Sequence record: MH845412.1
DNA from: Cronobacter phage CS01
Strand: one strand, 5' to 3'
DNA: 47,666 nt
Made by a program: the position numbers and the translations under genes. Numbering within the stretch: position 1 is the first letter of the stretch; each line of letters begins with the position of its first letter. The notes under the pieces were generated by a model. That model saw only the letters and a list, made by a program, of their open reading frames with translations, had not been told where the DNA came from and did no database searches. Below are positions 20,428 to 28,560 of the stretch, one piece after another.

Positions 20428-20613
20428 ATGGTTAACGAAAGTAAAATCCATCGCCCAAATGCCCTTTCCGGTTTGTGCCGGTCTCTCCCGGCTGTCATGG
20501 TGCGGCTATCGCGCCGCGCGTTACCCGTGATGGGCCTCTTATGTAAAGGATGCCAGCTTAAGCGCATGAGTTTCATAAGTCAACCGGTCAGCATCCGATT
20601 GCTCTATTCGTAA
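20428..20613 (+). CDS. possible counter-oriented small basic protein
   Basis: 61 aa ORF (22 residues near-basic/hydrophobic mix, 4 Cys) covering a stretch with no minus-strand gene. Confidence 0.25.
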   Translation: MVNESKIHRPNALSGLCRSLPAVMVRLSRRALPVMGLLCKGCQLKRMSFISQPVSIRLLYS

Positions 20614-20843
20614 TCATACGCCGTTCCAAACCGGCCATTTAGATAGCCGCAAATCCAAATGAACTTCGTGCGCGTTACCTTGCCATCAGTAATCAGGTGT
20701 ACCGGCTCGAAATGCTTTGTGATTATCGACCCAGCAACCTCATCATACTTCTTTCCCTTCTGGATCTGGCTCTTTATCTCGGCGCTGCATTTTTTGGCCG
20801 CTGCCTTTGCGGCGTTGTAGTGCGGCTCGCTCAAACCTAACAT
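20604..20843 (-). CDS. hypothetical
   Basis: 79 aa ORF in compact block. Confidence 0.6.
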   Translation of the reverse strand: MLGLSEPHYNAAKAAAKKCSAEIKSQIQKGKKYDEVAGSIITKHFEPVHLITDGKVTRTKFIWICGYLNGRFGTAYDYE

Positions 20844-20852
20844 CTTGCCTCC

Positions 20853-21122
20853 TTAAAACGGAAGTTCTTCAACATATTCCCACATAACCCACGAACCGCG
20901 CTTAATCCCGATCTCAATAATCACGGCGCGGCCATCACGAGAGCGAGAGAAGGAACCCATTAACGTGAAATTGCCATCGTGGATCTCAATGTTTTGAGGT
21001 TTAAAGGCAATATCTTTGCTATAGAACTCCGGGTTGCTAACATCATCCCCGAGATTCTGGTCGTGAACCCCCACCAGGCGAGCGCCAAGCGGCATACATT
21101 CAATTTTGCCCATGATACACAT
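20853..21122 (-). CDS. hypothetical
   Basis: 89 aa ORF, GAGG upstream. Confidence 0.6.
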   Translation of the reverse strand: MCIMGKIECMPLGARLVGVHDQNLGDDVSNPEFYSKDIAFKPQNIEIHDGNFTLMGSFSRSRDGRAVIIEIGIKRGSWVMWEYVEELPF

Positions 21123-21182
21123 ACAATCACACCTCTTTAAAACGCGCCCTCCACAGGCGCGATTTGGCGGCTTAAAATCGAC

Positions 21183-21380
21183 TCAAAAACGCGTTGTTTT
21201 CGAATCATGCTCGGTAATCTCGACAACATCATCCGCGAAGTAAATCCGACCGCCTAAAAGTTGAAAGTTCATCATGCCTTTTTCGCGGGATTCTTCGCTG
21301 TCTGCCGAGTAGACTACGCGGCGGATGTGGCTATTGTTACCACTGCCGATCCGGTATTCGTGAATGAGCGCCTTTTTCAT
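21183..21380 (-). CDS. hypothetical
   Basis: ORF with start at MKKALIHEYRIG. Confidence 0.6.
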   Translation of the reverse strand: MKKALIHEYRIGSGNNSHIRRVVYSADSEESREKGMMNFQLLGGRIYFADDVVEITEHDSKTTRF

Positions 21381-21604
21381 GCCTTCACCACCTGGCGCTC
21401 GCGCCATTCTTCAATGCGACGATTTAGAGCGCCGCTCTCATAAAACCATACGGAAGTTTCAGCCGCGTTAGTTGGTGAAGGATGTGCCTGGTGCTGCACC
21501 TGACGAACAACTTCATCTGCCACATCTCGATCCAGCTTGTCGCCGGTGAGCGCGGAAGAAAGCAGGCTCATGGCCTGCTCTTTGGTAAGGTTAACCGTGA
21601 ACAT
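21377..21604 (-). CDS. hypothetical
   Basis: ORF, start at MFTVNLTKEQ; AGAGG upstream. Confidence 0.6.
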   Translation of the reverse strand: MFTVNLTKEQAMSLLSSALTGDKLDRDVADEVVRQVQHQAHPSPTNAAETSVWFYESGALNRRIEEWRERQVVKA

Positions 21605-21800
21605 ACATTTCCTCTGATTCAAAGGTGATGCGCGGGCCGCGCGCTGCGATAACAAAGTCAGGGCTGTATTTGTCAATTACAACCTCAACCGTGTAACCAT
21701 CATCAGCCAGCAGGTAATCAACATCGCCGCGAACCAGTTCGAAACGGTCGCCTGCTTTGATTTCGCCGTAAGATGAAGTAGCGATAAAGATATTTGACAT
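21591..21800 (-). CDS. hypothetical
   Basis: 69 aa ORF with GAGGG upstream. Confidence 0.65.
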   Translation of the reverse strand: MSNIFIATSSYGEIKAGDRFELVRGDVDYLLADDGYTVEVVIDKYSPDFVIAARGPRITFESEEMYVHG

Positions 21801-21831
21801 TTTGAAGCCCTCATTTGTTTTCGATGAGATG

Positions 21832-21875
21832 ATTATGCCCGGAAATGGCCGGGCATGTTTAGCAATTCGTGCTAC
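21832..21875 (-). promoter_or_regulatory. marbox-like box plus -10 (CATAAT), 18 bp apart
   Basis: GTAGCACGAATTGCTAAACA-N18-CATAAT; 13/14 defined marbox positions. Confidence 0.7.
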
Positions 21876-22087
21876 TTGTCAAGCGCTGCCAAAGCTTCTG
21901 CGTAGTCTGAGTTTTTGTTGTCGCCAATATAGGCGATATCAATTTCAAATTTTGCTCTCAGAAGGTCATCGCCGCCAACTTCGCATTCGCTCCTGATTGA
22001 GAGCGGCATGGCATTATCCTCATCCAGCTTGTCGGCGATAGAGCGCAGCATCGCGGCCAGGTTTTGTTTTTTACCAAAATCAAACAT
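21872..22087 (-). CDS. hypothetical
   Basis: 71 aa ORF; stop codon lies in the downstream box. Confidence 0.65.
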   Translation of the reverse strand: MFDFGKKQNLAAMLRSIADKLDEDNAMPLSIRSECEVGGDDLLRAKFEIDIAYIGDNKNSDYAEALAALDK

Positions 22088-22117
22088 TTCATTCTCCTCA
22101 TTGGTTGGTGTGAAACA

Positions 22118-22161
22118 ATAATGCCCGACTTTCGCCGGGCATGTTTAGCAATTCGTGCGTT
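22118..22161 (-). promoter_or_regulatory. marbox-like box plus -10 (CATTAT), 18 bp apart
   Basis: AACGCACGAATTGCTAAACA-N18-CATTAT; 13/14. Confidence 0.7.
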
Positions 22162-22344
22162 TTATAAAATAAGCTGAATGGCGACAAACAAAACCTGTAC
22201 CGCAATGATGCCGTTAAAGAAGGAAACAACCTTTCTGTCACTGGCGGGGATTTTCCATGCGTTGCACTTGAGGTAAAAAAACCACACAACAGCCCACAAT
22301 GAGATCATGAAGATAAGTTTTAAAATTATTTCTTCATGCGTCAT
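22162..22344 (-). CDS. small membrane protein, hypothetical
   Basis: 60 aa with two hydrophobic segments. Confidence 0.6.
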   Translation of the reverse strand: MTHEEIILKLIFMISLWAVVWFFYLKCNAWKIPASDRKVVSFFNGIIAVQVLFVAIQLIL

Positions 22345-22928
22345 GACAAGTCAGCCTCCGCCTTTTTAATTGCCAGGTCTGCCAGGCTGCGCAGGATGAT
22401 AGCCATCTCAACCATGCCGTAATTCTCATCACTGCACATGCGCATCGCGGATCGGATTCGCGCCAGTAGCTGCTCATAGTCGCTCTTGACTTGGGCCGTC
22501 TTTTCCGCCGCTGCTTTCAATTCGGTCTTATGGGCAGACTTCATTTCTTCGATGGTTTCGCAGTAGGAGAATATGCGATCTTTCAGGTCTGCAATCTCGC
22601 CCAGGAGTTCTTTTTCGCGGGAGTCTGCCGAAACGTTGGCGGTAGTAATCTCGCAGCCAAGAGGAGTCGCACCATTAATCACCATCTGCGCGCTCTTGCA
22701 CATATAGAAACCGTGCCCGACCTTTTCGGTTTCCTCGACCAGGTTAAAAACGCCATCATGCAGTCTGCATGAACTCACACCATCAACCCGAACGACAACA
22801 TCAACGCCCTTGTCATTTTCCACCAGGACACGATGCCGACCGTAATGGTTAATGCAATCGTCTTTGACCAGGTACTTTTTGCCAGCGATAAAACCGCGAC
22901 CGTGAGAAGTTGGAATAACATATTTCAT
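22341..22928 (-). CDS. hypothetical coiled-coil protein
   Basis: 195 aa ORF. Confidence 0.7.
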   Translation of the reverse strand: MKYVIPTSHGRGFIAGKKYLVKDDCINHYGRHRVLVENDKGVDVVVRVDGVSSCRLHDGVFNLVEETEKVGHGFYMCKSAQMVINGATPLGCEITTANVSADSREKELLGEIADLKDRIFSYCETIEEMKSAHKTELKAAAEKTAQVKSDYEQLLARIRSAMRMCSDENYGMVEMAIILRSLADLAIKKAEADLS

Positions 22929-22937
22929 GATTTATCC

Positions 22938-23198
22938 TTACCAGCAGTTGATTTCTTCATTGACGAAATCGTCAACCATTTCTTGAGTGATTTTTCTGTC
23001 ACGCCAATCCTCTGGCATATCCACCAGTAATTCAGAACGCTTGTCATTGCTGAAATAAAGACCGGCAGCAATGCGGCCCCATGCACGTGCGCTCTTGTAA
23101 CCGCAACGGCGTAAAGTGTTCGGGTTGGTTTTGCTGTCACTGAATGCGCGCGCCTCTTTCTGGAAAGCGCGAATCATCATTTTGCGTAAGCTTTTCAT
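22938..23198 (-). CDS. hypothetical basic protein
   Basis: start at MKSLRKMMIRAFQKE, AGAGGC upstream; preferred over overlapping 22925..23140. Confidence 0.65.
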   Translation of the reverse strand: MKSLRKMMIRAFQKEARAFSDSKTNPNTLRRCGYKSARAWGRIAAGLYFSNDKRSELLVDMPEDWRDRKITQEMVDDFVNEEINCW

Positions 23199-23235
23199 GA
23201 TGCCTCTGATTGGTTGGTTGAGAATCAATAAAGGC

Positions 23236-23279
23236 ACTCTATCAGAATGCCTTTGCGGATTTTTACCAATTAGTGCTAT
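23236..23279 (-). promoter_or_regulatory. marbox-like box plus -10 (TAGAGT), 18 bp apart
   Basis: ATAGCACTAATTGGTAAAAA-N18-TAGAGT; 12/14. Confidence 0.6.
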
Positions 23280-23883
23280 TGCCGATGCCGAACACTGCGT
23301 TGATAACTGCCGCCGCGCCGTCATCAATAGCATCATCTACCAGGGCGACGTCATGCTCGTTATAGTTGGGCAGTGTGGAAAGGCCAGGCTGATTGATGTA
23401 GTTGCGGCTATCTCCGCTTCCTTCGAAAACGTATCCAGGTCGAGACAGGCGCACAACATGCACCTCATGGCCGCGCGCCATAAGCGGATCAATTTCCTCA
23501 GGGAAACCCCCGTCGCTCATGATAACCACCTGACCATCAAGCCGGGTAATGTTGGAGATGGCGTCGGCAATGCGCCGGCCAAAGTAGTTCACACCGAAGG
23601 CTGGCTTCATTACTTCTTCACTCAGCCAGATCATGTACTCGCGGGGAGATTTACCGTTCAGGACAGGCAGCGGCTTTTCTTTGCGCTCGCGGTCGTCGTA
23701 TGCAGCCAGAAATTCAACGTAATCCTCTGCGCCAAGCATGGCCTGCGCGATCTGGAACATTGGGAGCTTAAAGCTCAGGCTGTGAACCCTGACGCCTCGC
23801 TCTTTGAGCAATTCGCAGATTCGGTTTGCCAGGGTATCTTTGCCGGTGCGCGGAGGCGCGTTAAGGATGATGACTTTTGCCAT
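23263..23883 (-). CDS. deoxynucleoside monophosphate kinase-like protein
   Basis: N-terminal P-loop NAPPRTGKDTLANRI. Confidence 0.75.
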   Translation of the reverse strand: MAKVIILNAPPRTGKDTLANRICELLKERGVRVHSLSFKLPMFQIAQAMLGAEDYVEFLAAYDDRERKEKPLPVLNGKSPREYMIWLSEEVMKPAFGVNYFGRRIADAISNITRLDGQVVIMSDGGFPEEIDPLMARGHEVHVVRLSRPGYVFEGSGDSRNYINQPGLSTLPNYNEHDVALVDDAIDDGAAAVINAVFGIGNSTNW

Positions 23884-23915
23884 GATGTTAAGACCTCGTT
23901 AATGTTCGGGCCTCC

Positions 23916-23959
23916 ATTTTAATCACAGAGGCCGCTTTGTGTTTAGCTATTCTTGCTGA
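23916..23959 (-). promoter_or_regulatory. marbox-like box plus -10 (TAAAAT), 18 bp apart
   Basis: TCAGCAAGAATAGCTAAACA-N18-TAAAAT; 12/14. Confidence 0.6.
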
Positions 23960-23965
23960 ATAGGA

Positions 23966-24700
23966 TTATTCCGCAGAATCCTTGATGTGATGGCGAGGCT
24001 CACCATATTTCGGCTCGGGCCATTTTCTTGACTTATTTACCGCCAGCTTTTCGATCATCGCCTTAGTGATCTGCTCATCGGTTATGCCCGCCCTGCGCTG
24101 CGCATCCCAAAGCAGGAATTGCATATCTGCCCACTCGAACAGATCGCCTGGATTCTCAGCCGCCTCAATTGCCTCTTTCGCCAGGTGTTTCAGCGGGCCT
24201 ATTGGGCCTGCCGCTCCGAAAGTCTCCTGAGACCAGTTAGCATGTTCTATCCGGACGCGGTATCTTGCCTGATCGCCAGTTTCAGCCAGGCTGGCGAATT
24301 GCTGATATTCGTTACCAACCTGAGCGCTGATTCGGTTGGCAAGTTCTGTTGCGTCAGCAAGGATCTGACTGGCGCGCTGGGCAAGTTCGCTCTTTGGCGG
24401 CGCTGCCTTATCTGCCTGGTTTTGCATGGCGCGACCCTTTGTGCGTGCGATAACCTGGTGCGCGTTGTTGAGCGCAGCCGCGTTCGACGGCTTCGGATTG
24501 GTGAACAGCACAAGGCTTTCCAGCGCCGCAAGCAGATCATCGCACTGCCGTTCCAGTGTTGTAATTATTTCAGGCACAGCCGGCGCGGGCGGTGTGGTGT
24601 AGGCGATGATGTTGCCGCCAGGCTCGTTCCGTGCAGCTTCAATGATGCGGTCGATGGCTTCCGGAGATAACTTTTGCAGATCTAATTTTAAGCTTTTCAT
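23966..24700 (-). CDS. dATP/dGTP pyrophosphohydrolase-like (DUF550)
   Basis: GPLKHLAKEAIEAAENPGDLFEWADMQFLLWDAQRRAG...LAVNKSRKWP. Confidence 0.8.
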   Translation of the reverse strand: MKSLKLDLQKLSPEAIDRIIEAARNEPGGNIIAYTTPPAPAVPEIITTLERQCDDLLAALESLVLFTNPKPSNAAALNNAHQVIARTKGRAMQNQADKAAPPKSELAQRASQILADATELANRISAQVGNEYQQFASLAETGDQARYRVRIEHANWSQETFGAAGPIGPLKHLAKEAIEAAENPGDLFEWADMQFLLWDAQRRAGITDEQITKAMIEKLAVNKSRKWPEPKYGEPRHHIKDSAE

Positions 24701-24737
24701 GTTGTTCCTTATTTGCCCGGATTGCCGGGCAGGTTGG

Positions 24738-24992
24738 TTAAAAATCGTTAGCAGTGTACTGGCGATGTAACTCACGCGCCCATTTTTCAGCATCATGCTT
24801 TTCGCGAAGTTTACGCATACTTTTTCCTATAGAGGAAGCCAGATGCAAATCATCATCCTCTGCCGCATCTAACTGCATTTGAAACAATTCGAGATAAGCT
24901 GAAACGTCGCGTTTTAACTCATCGAGCGAATATAAAACTGCCATCTGTGCGCCCAGGTCTTGCACCCGGTGCAATGCAGGTTTAGTAATCAT
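24738..24992 (-). CDS. hypothetical
   Basis: start MITKPALHRV with GAGGG upstream. Confidence 0.65.
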   Translation of the reverse strand: MITKPALHRVQDLGAQMAVLYSLDELKRDVSAYLELFQMQLDAAEDDDLHLASSIGKSMRKLREKHDAEKWARELHRQYTANDF

Positions 24993-25037
24993 CGTCTTAC
25001 CCTCAGTAATTCGCGGCCCATCGCCGCCCACAAAGCA

Positions 25038-25081
25038 AGAATACCCGATACAGTGATCGGGTATTTAGCAATTAGTGCTAT
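25038..25081 (-). promoter_or_regulatory. marbox-like box plus -10 (TATTCT), 18 bp apart
   Basis: ATAGCACTAATTGCTAAATA-N18-TATTCT; 14/14. Confidence 0.75.
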
Positions 25082-25749
25082 TTGCCGCCTTTGGCGTAAA
25101 ACTCCAGGATTCGAATCATGTCGAGTCGGTCGCTGAATGCCAGGCTGTGTCCGGCATAAAGTTCAAAAGCATCATTGGCTTTTGTCACACCGTGACCTTT
25201 AGCCAGAAGGCCAAGCGCAGCTATTGCGCCAGCCTGGCAGCGTTCAACGATGGAGTCTTTCTTACTGCCACGCAATTTATTGACAAGCTCTACATAGGCA
25301 TCTGATCGCTTGATGGCCTGGTCGATGGCCGACTCAATCGCTGCCTTTGGCGTCGCTCCATATGCACGGATCTGGCTGGTGTTATCGCCGCTGTAGTTGT
25401 AGCAGTAATAGCGGTACTCCGGCTTAACCTCATCGTGAATGACCTGTTGCGGATTGGTGCGGATTGTCTGGTCATTCAGAAAGAGACCGCTCAGCTCATG
25501 CACCAGTTCGGCATTCCATCCGCAGTTATGCCATGTGCGCACTTTCCATCCGTCGCCAACTTCCAGAAGCAATAGGTTGTAGTGATCTGTAACTTGCTCA
25601 AGAACGGCGGCCTTGCAGTTGAAGCCGCAACTGGTGAAACAGTGAATGTCGCCGTGTTTGATCTCTTGTGGTTTCATGGTTTTCATTCCGTCATTGCAGC
25701 CAGGCGCGCGCGGTGCGCATCGCAGTTTTTCCCGTTTTTCTCGCGCCAT
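25078..25749 (-). CDS. hypothetical early protein
   Basis: 223 aa ORF; stop codon in box. Confidence 0.65.
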   Translation of the reverse strand: MAREKREKLRCAPRAPGCNDGMKTMKPQEIKHGDIHCFTSCGFNCKAAVLEQVTDHYNLLLLEVGDGWKVRTWHNCGWNAELVHELSGLFLNDQTIRTNPQQVIHDEVKPEYRYYCYNYSGDNTSQIRAYGATPKAAIESAIDQAIKRSDAYVELVNKLRGSKKDSIVERCQAGAIAALGLLAKGHGVTKANDAFELYAGHSLAFSDRLDMIRILEFYAKGGK

Positions 25750-25964
25750 GAGATTTGAAGGTTAAGCAGGCGGCGGACTCCTGCTGGCGTTGTCCGGTAG
25801 TAAACGCCGGAATCATCGCGCGCGACCTGTTTAATGTGCCCGTTGTTCAAGGCGCGAGTTACCAGGATGTGAAGGTCAGTTTTGCGCGTCGCCTCATCCG
25901 GCGCGACGTGTAAACCCTTTTCCTGATCAGCAAAGTAGAGCGTTTTTTCTTCATTGTAACGCAT
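25683..25964 (-). CDS. hypothetical, winged-helix-like
   Basis: 93 aa ORF; HILVTRALNNGHIKQVARDDSGVYYRTTPAGVRRLL. Confidence 0.6.
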   Translation of the reverse strand: MRYNEEKTLYFADQEKGLHVAPDEATRKTDLHILVTRALNNGHIKQVARDDSGVYYRTTPAGVRRLLNLQISWREKNGKNCDAHRARLAAMTE

Positions 25965-26005
25965 GGTTAATTCTCCAGATATGGCCCCATCCGGGGCCGT
26001 GTTGT

Positions 26006-26311
26006 TCAGGCTGGCAGAGCGCCAACGTCGCGGGATGATTTAAGGGCGTTCCAGAAGTCGAACGGCGTTTCTTCCACATCGCGCCATGAATGATTGAACT
26101 TTCCAAAGTTCAGAGTTCCGCACTCCAGGCGCGGGCCGGTGTACCCAATGCGCACAAGTTCTTCGTGCGCAACTTGAATAAGATCTTGCAATTCATGCTC
26201 GGCATTATCGCCAAAGCGGTAAGTTTTGGCGTTTACTCGCGAAGGAAACTTTACGCCGGAAAAGTAGTTTTCCGGATATCCTGATGCGTGCAAAATTTCT
26301 ACAGTTTTCAT
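26006..26311 (-). CDS. hypothetical
   Basis: 101 aa ORF with GAGGG upstream. Confidence 0.65.
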   Translation of the reverse strand: MKTVEILHASGYPENYFSGVKFPSRVNAKTYRFGDNAEHELQDLIQVAHEELVRIGYTGPRLECGTLNFGKFNHSWRDVEETPFDFWNALKSSRDVGALPA

Positions 26312-26352
26312 TGTAAAACCCTCAGTGATGGCCCCTTGCGGGGCCGGTTAGG

Positions 26353-26520
26353 TTAGAAGTTCCAGCAGGTGCCGCCAAGTTCCTCGGCGATTTTGCGGGC
26401 TTCGCGCTTGCCGGATACGTTGCGCGTTTCTTTGGTGCTGATGCCGTACTTCGGCGCGTGCTCAATGGTGATGAATTTTTTAGCGCGGCTGGCGGTGTAA
26501 GTTACTTTCGGGAAGTTCAT
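26353..26520 (-). CDS. 55-aa hypothetical protein missing from ORF track
   Basis: MNFPKVTYTASRAKKFITIEHAPKYGISTKETRNVSGKREARKIAEELGGTCWNF, GGAG upstream, box promoter upstream. Confidence 0.6.
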   Translation of the reverse strand: MNFPKVTYTASRAKKFITIEHAPKYGISTKETRNVSGKREARKIAEELGGTCWNF

Positions 26521-26553
26521 TTTTCGTGCTCCATTGTTCGTTTCGATGAGGTA

Positions 26554-26597
26554 ACTATACCGAAAGCACGCGATCCGGTTTTAGCAAAAAGTGCTAT
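26554..26597 (-). promoter_or_regulatory. marbox-like box plus -10 (TATAGT), 18 bp apart
   Basis: ATAGCACTTTTTGCTAAAAC-N18-TATAGT; 13/14. Confidence 0.7.
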
Positions 26598-26839
26598 TGC
26601 CCGATTATTTCCGCCTCCAGTCCGATGACGAAAGCGATCCATCCGTCGCGCCCGGTTGTGTCAGGCCGGTCGCCTGGCTGGTGCCCTGCCTGGAAGTCAT
26701 AACCCACCTTCTCCATTTCGGCGACGGTGACTTTCACCAGGCCATTGACGCAGTGCGCTGTCGTAGAATCCATGACGATCGGAAAGGTGAGGTGTCGCAT
26801 CCCGTCGTAGTCGCCGTTGTTGGTTATCATCAGCTTCAT
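26594..26839 (-). CDS. hypothetical
   Basis: 81 aa ORF. Confidence 0.6.
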   Translation of the reverse strand: MKLMITNNGDYDGMRHLTFPIVMDSTTAHCVNGLVKVTVAEMEKVGYDFQAGHQPGDRPDTTGRDGWIAFVIGLEAEIIGQ

Positions 26840-27045
26840 AGTTCCGCCTTGATGATTATGGTTGACTGGTCGTGTCGCTCGCTCCGGACGGTTGCATGAA
26901 CCGCCAGGCCCAGGGCGTTAATCTGGCGCGCAAGCTCGGTGCCGGATGCTGGATGGTTGAATAGCGTGACGGTACGCGTGGCACCAGGCGGCACATTGGC
27001 CGCCAGGGATTCGGGAGTTGCCACATCTCCAGCTTCAATAATCAC
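26836..27045 (-). CDS. hypothetical
   Basis: 69 aa ORF, ATGA overlaps both sides. Confidence 0.6.
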   Translation of the reverse strand: MIIEAGDVATPESLAANVPPGATRTVTLFNHPASGTELARQINALGLAVHATVRSERHDQSTIIIKAEL

Positions 27046-27527
27046 TTATCAACCCCATGCGATCCGAGGTCTACGCGGTCGGTGTCGGTGTACTCGGTGC
27101 AAACCAGGACGGTTAACCCCAGGCTGCGCAGGTGGCGCGCCACATCCAGGCGGTCATCGACACAAAGCAGAATGCGATCCAGGCCAATGCGACGTAATTC
27201 TTCCTCCTTGATGATGGTGTCCTTACGGTTGTCGTCGTGGCGTCGCATGATGAGGCGGTCATGGTAGATGCCATGCTTGTCAAGCCAAGCCACTGTCAGA
27301 TCGCGAGCAATATCGCTGCGACCGGTCAGAATGATGACCTCATAGTCCTGATACCAAAGCGCCTCGGCCAATGCTGCATTGGCCTCAATCAGCGCATCAT
27401 CAGCGCAAGCCAGGTTGAACTCAGTCCAGCTTTCTGTGAGGTGGAGGTCTTTTGTCGGCAGCAGGTGAAGGCGGTGTTTACCGCAAGCCAGGGTGCCATC
27501 GAGATCGAAAATAACGACGTTTTTCAT
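27042..27527 (-). CDS. HAD-family phosphatase (possible polynucleotide 3'-phosphatase-like)
   Basis: VVIFDLDGTLACG, IILTGRSD, CVDDRLD motifs. Confidence 0.8.
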   Translation of the reverse strand: MKNVVIFDLDGTLACGKHRLHLLPTKDLHLTESWTEFNLACADDALIEANAALAEALWYQDYEVIILTGRSDIARDLTVAWLDKHGIYHDRLIMRRHDDNRKDTIIKEEELRRIGLDRILLCVDDRLDVARHLRSLGLTVLVCTEYTDTDRVDLGSHGVDK

Positions 27528-27529
27528 GC

Positions 27530-27694
27530 TTATTCCTCTGTGACAGGCTCTGTCGCCTGTAGTTTGGTTTTGGCCGTGGCGGTCACGGCTCCGGATTCGA
27601 TAATGACGATGGCGGCCTGGTCGCCATCGCCGGTGTCAATGTCAAGCCAGGTGTCATCATCCCAATCTGGAAATTTGACAGATCGGACTGTCAT
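27530..27694 (-). CDS. 54-aa acidic hypothetical protein missing from ORF track
   Basis: MTVRSVKFPDWDDDTWLDIDTGDGDQAAIVIIESGAVTATAKTKLQATEPVTEE, ATGA overlap with upstream gene. Confidence 0.55.
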   Translation of the reverse strand: MTVRSVKFPDWDDDTWLDIDTGDGDQAAIVIIESGAVTATAKTKLQATEPVTEE

Positions 27695-28158
27695 TCCTCA
27701 TCGCCCTCTTTTTTGCTTAGGCGATCAATGCGGGCCTGGATGTGGGCGTGAAAACGGCGCACAGCCTCCATTGCTGGAATCAATGCTTCCGGCTCCATAT
27801 CGGTGATGTTCGGCTGGATATCCATCAGCGCGCGGAGTTCTTCCAGCTTCGCGGCCCGGCGCACGATGCCTTTGGCCTCCTTGTCGTCGCGGTCAATCTC
27901 GCTAACCGGCTCGATGGTGAAGCGGTAGCACTCGCCGCGCTCCGGATGGTTGACGGTGCGCATCTTGATCTTACCGGCTGCCTGAACCTCTTTGACGCGG
28001 GAGATGATGTTGCGCAGATATGACTTTGAGATCTTCTCAGGTTGCGCCAGGTTGATAGCGATGTACTCAAACGGCACGAGTACCTCTTGCACCTCGCCCA
28101 TGCCCAGCTTTCGGCCAGACTCGCGCAGCATGTCATTAAATTCGGATGGTGTTAGCAC
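27691..28158 (-). CDS. hypothetical early protein, GTG start
   Basis: GGAGGAATCCACGTG at start; first gene of leftward early block. Confidence 0.65.
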   Translation of the reverse strand: MLTPSEFNDMLRESGRKLGMGEVQEVLVPFEYIAINLAQPEKISKSYLRNIISRVKEVQAAGKIKMRTVNHPERGECYRFTIEPVSEIDRDDKEAKGIVRRAAKLEELRALMDIQPNITDMEPEALIPAMEAVRRFHAHIQARIDRLSKKEGDEE

Positions 28159-28192
28159 GTGGATTCCTCCTGAATGGTTTAACTTGATATGG

Positions 28193-28220
28193 ATTATAGT
28201 CACCTCAATTATGATGTAAA
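28193..28220 (-). promoter_or_regulatory. early leftward sigma70-like promoter TTTACA-16-TATAAT
   Basis: minus strand TTTACATCATAATTGAGGTGACTATAAT. Confidence 0.65.
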
Positions 28221-28339
28221 GCGTTAAAACCTGTAAAATTAATTCATTTCCGGTTTTGTACAGATATTTTTCGATTTTCACGTGTAAGTTTATGTTTTCA
28301 TTGGCATAATCTAAATGTGTTCATCAGTTCAATTGCTAC

Positions 28340-28560
28340 GGAGGATTTTCGGCCCCATATATATATGCCTATATATACCTACACGAACATATAGGTTGAT
28401 TTCGAAAGGTGGTAAAAACCCTCCGCAAATGTAATAACACTTGAACATCCATATACACATTCTCCCATCCCCCCTCCCCCATACAGATAAATAAATAAAT
28501 AAACCTTTATTTTTCATATATATATAAGGGGGGGGAGGGAGGCTATAGGGATATTTTCGC
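28340..28560. other. low-complexity AT-rich noncoding region with C-rich/G-rich tracts and TAAA repeats; candidate origin/control region
   Basis: TCTCCCATCCCCCCTCCCCC, AAATAAATAAATAAAC, ATATATATA, GGGGGGGGAGGGAGGCTATAGGG. Confidence 0.4.

Noticed and set aside
21832-21875. Interpreting the repeated box as a CRP site, T4 MotA box, lambda CII site or ordinary -35 element
   Set aside because: No TGTGA-N6-TCACA; MotA-type TTGCTT would be about 13 bp not 22 bp from the -10; no TTGC-N6-TTGC; TTGCTA is 22 bp from -10, too far for sigma70.
22925-23140. 71-aa ORF as separate gene
   Set aside because: Overlaps the better supported MKSLRKMMIRAFQKE frame (22938..23198), which has its own ribosome site and box promoter.
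24738-24770. Additional box copy GTACACTGCTAACGATTT
   Set aside because: No GCAC at the right offset and no convincing -10; not counted.
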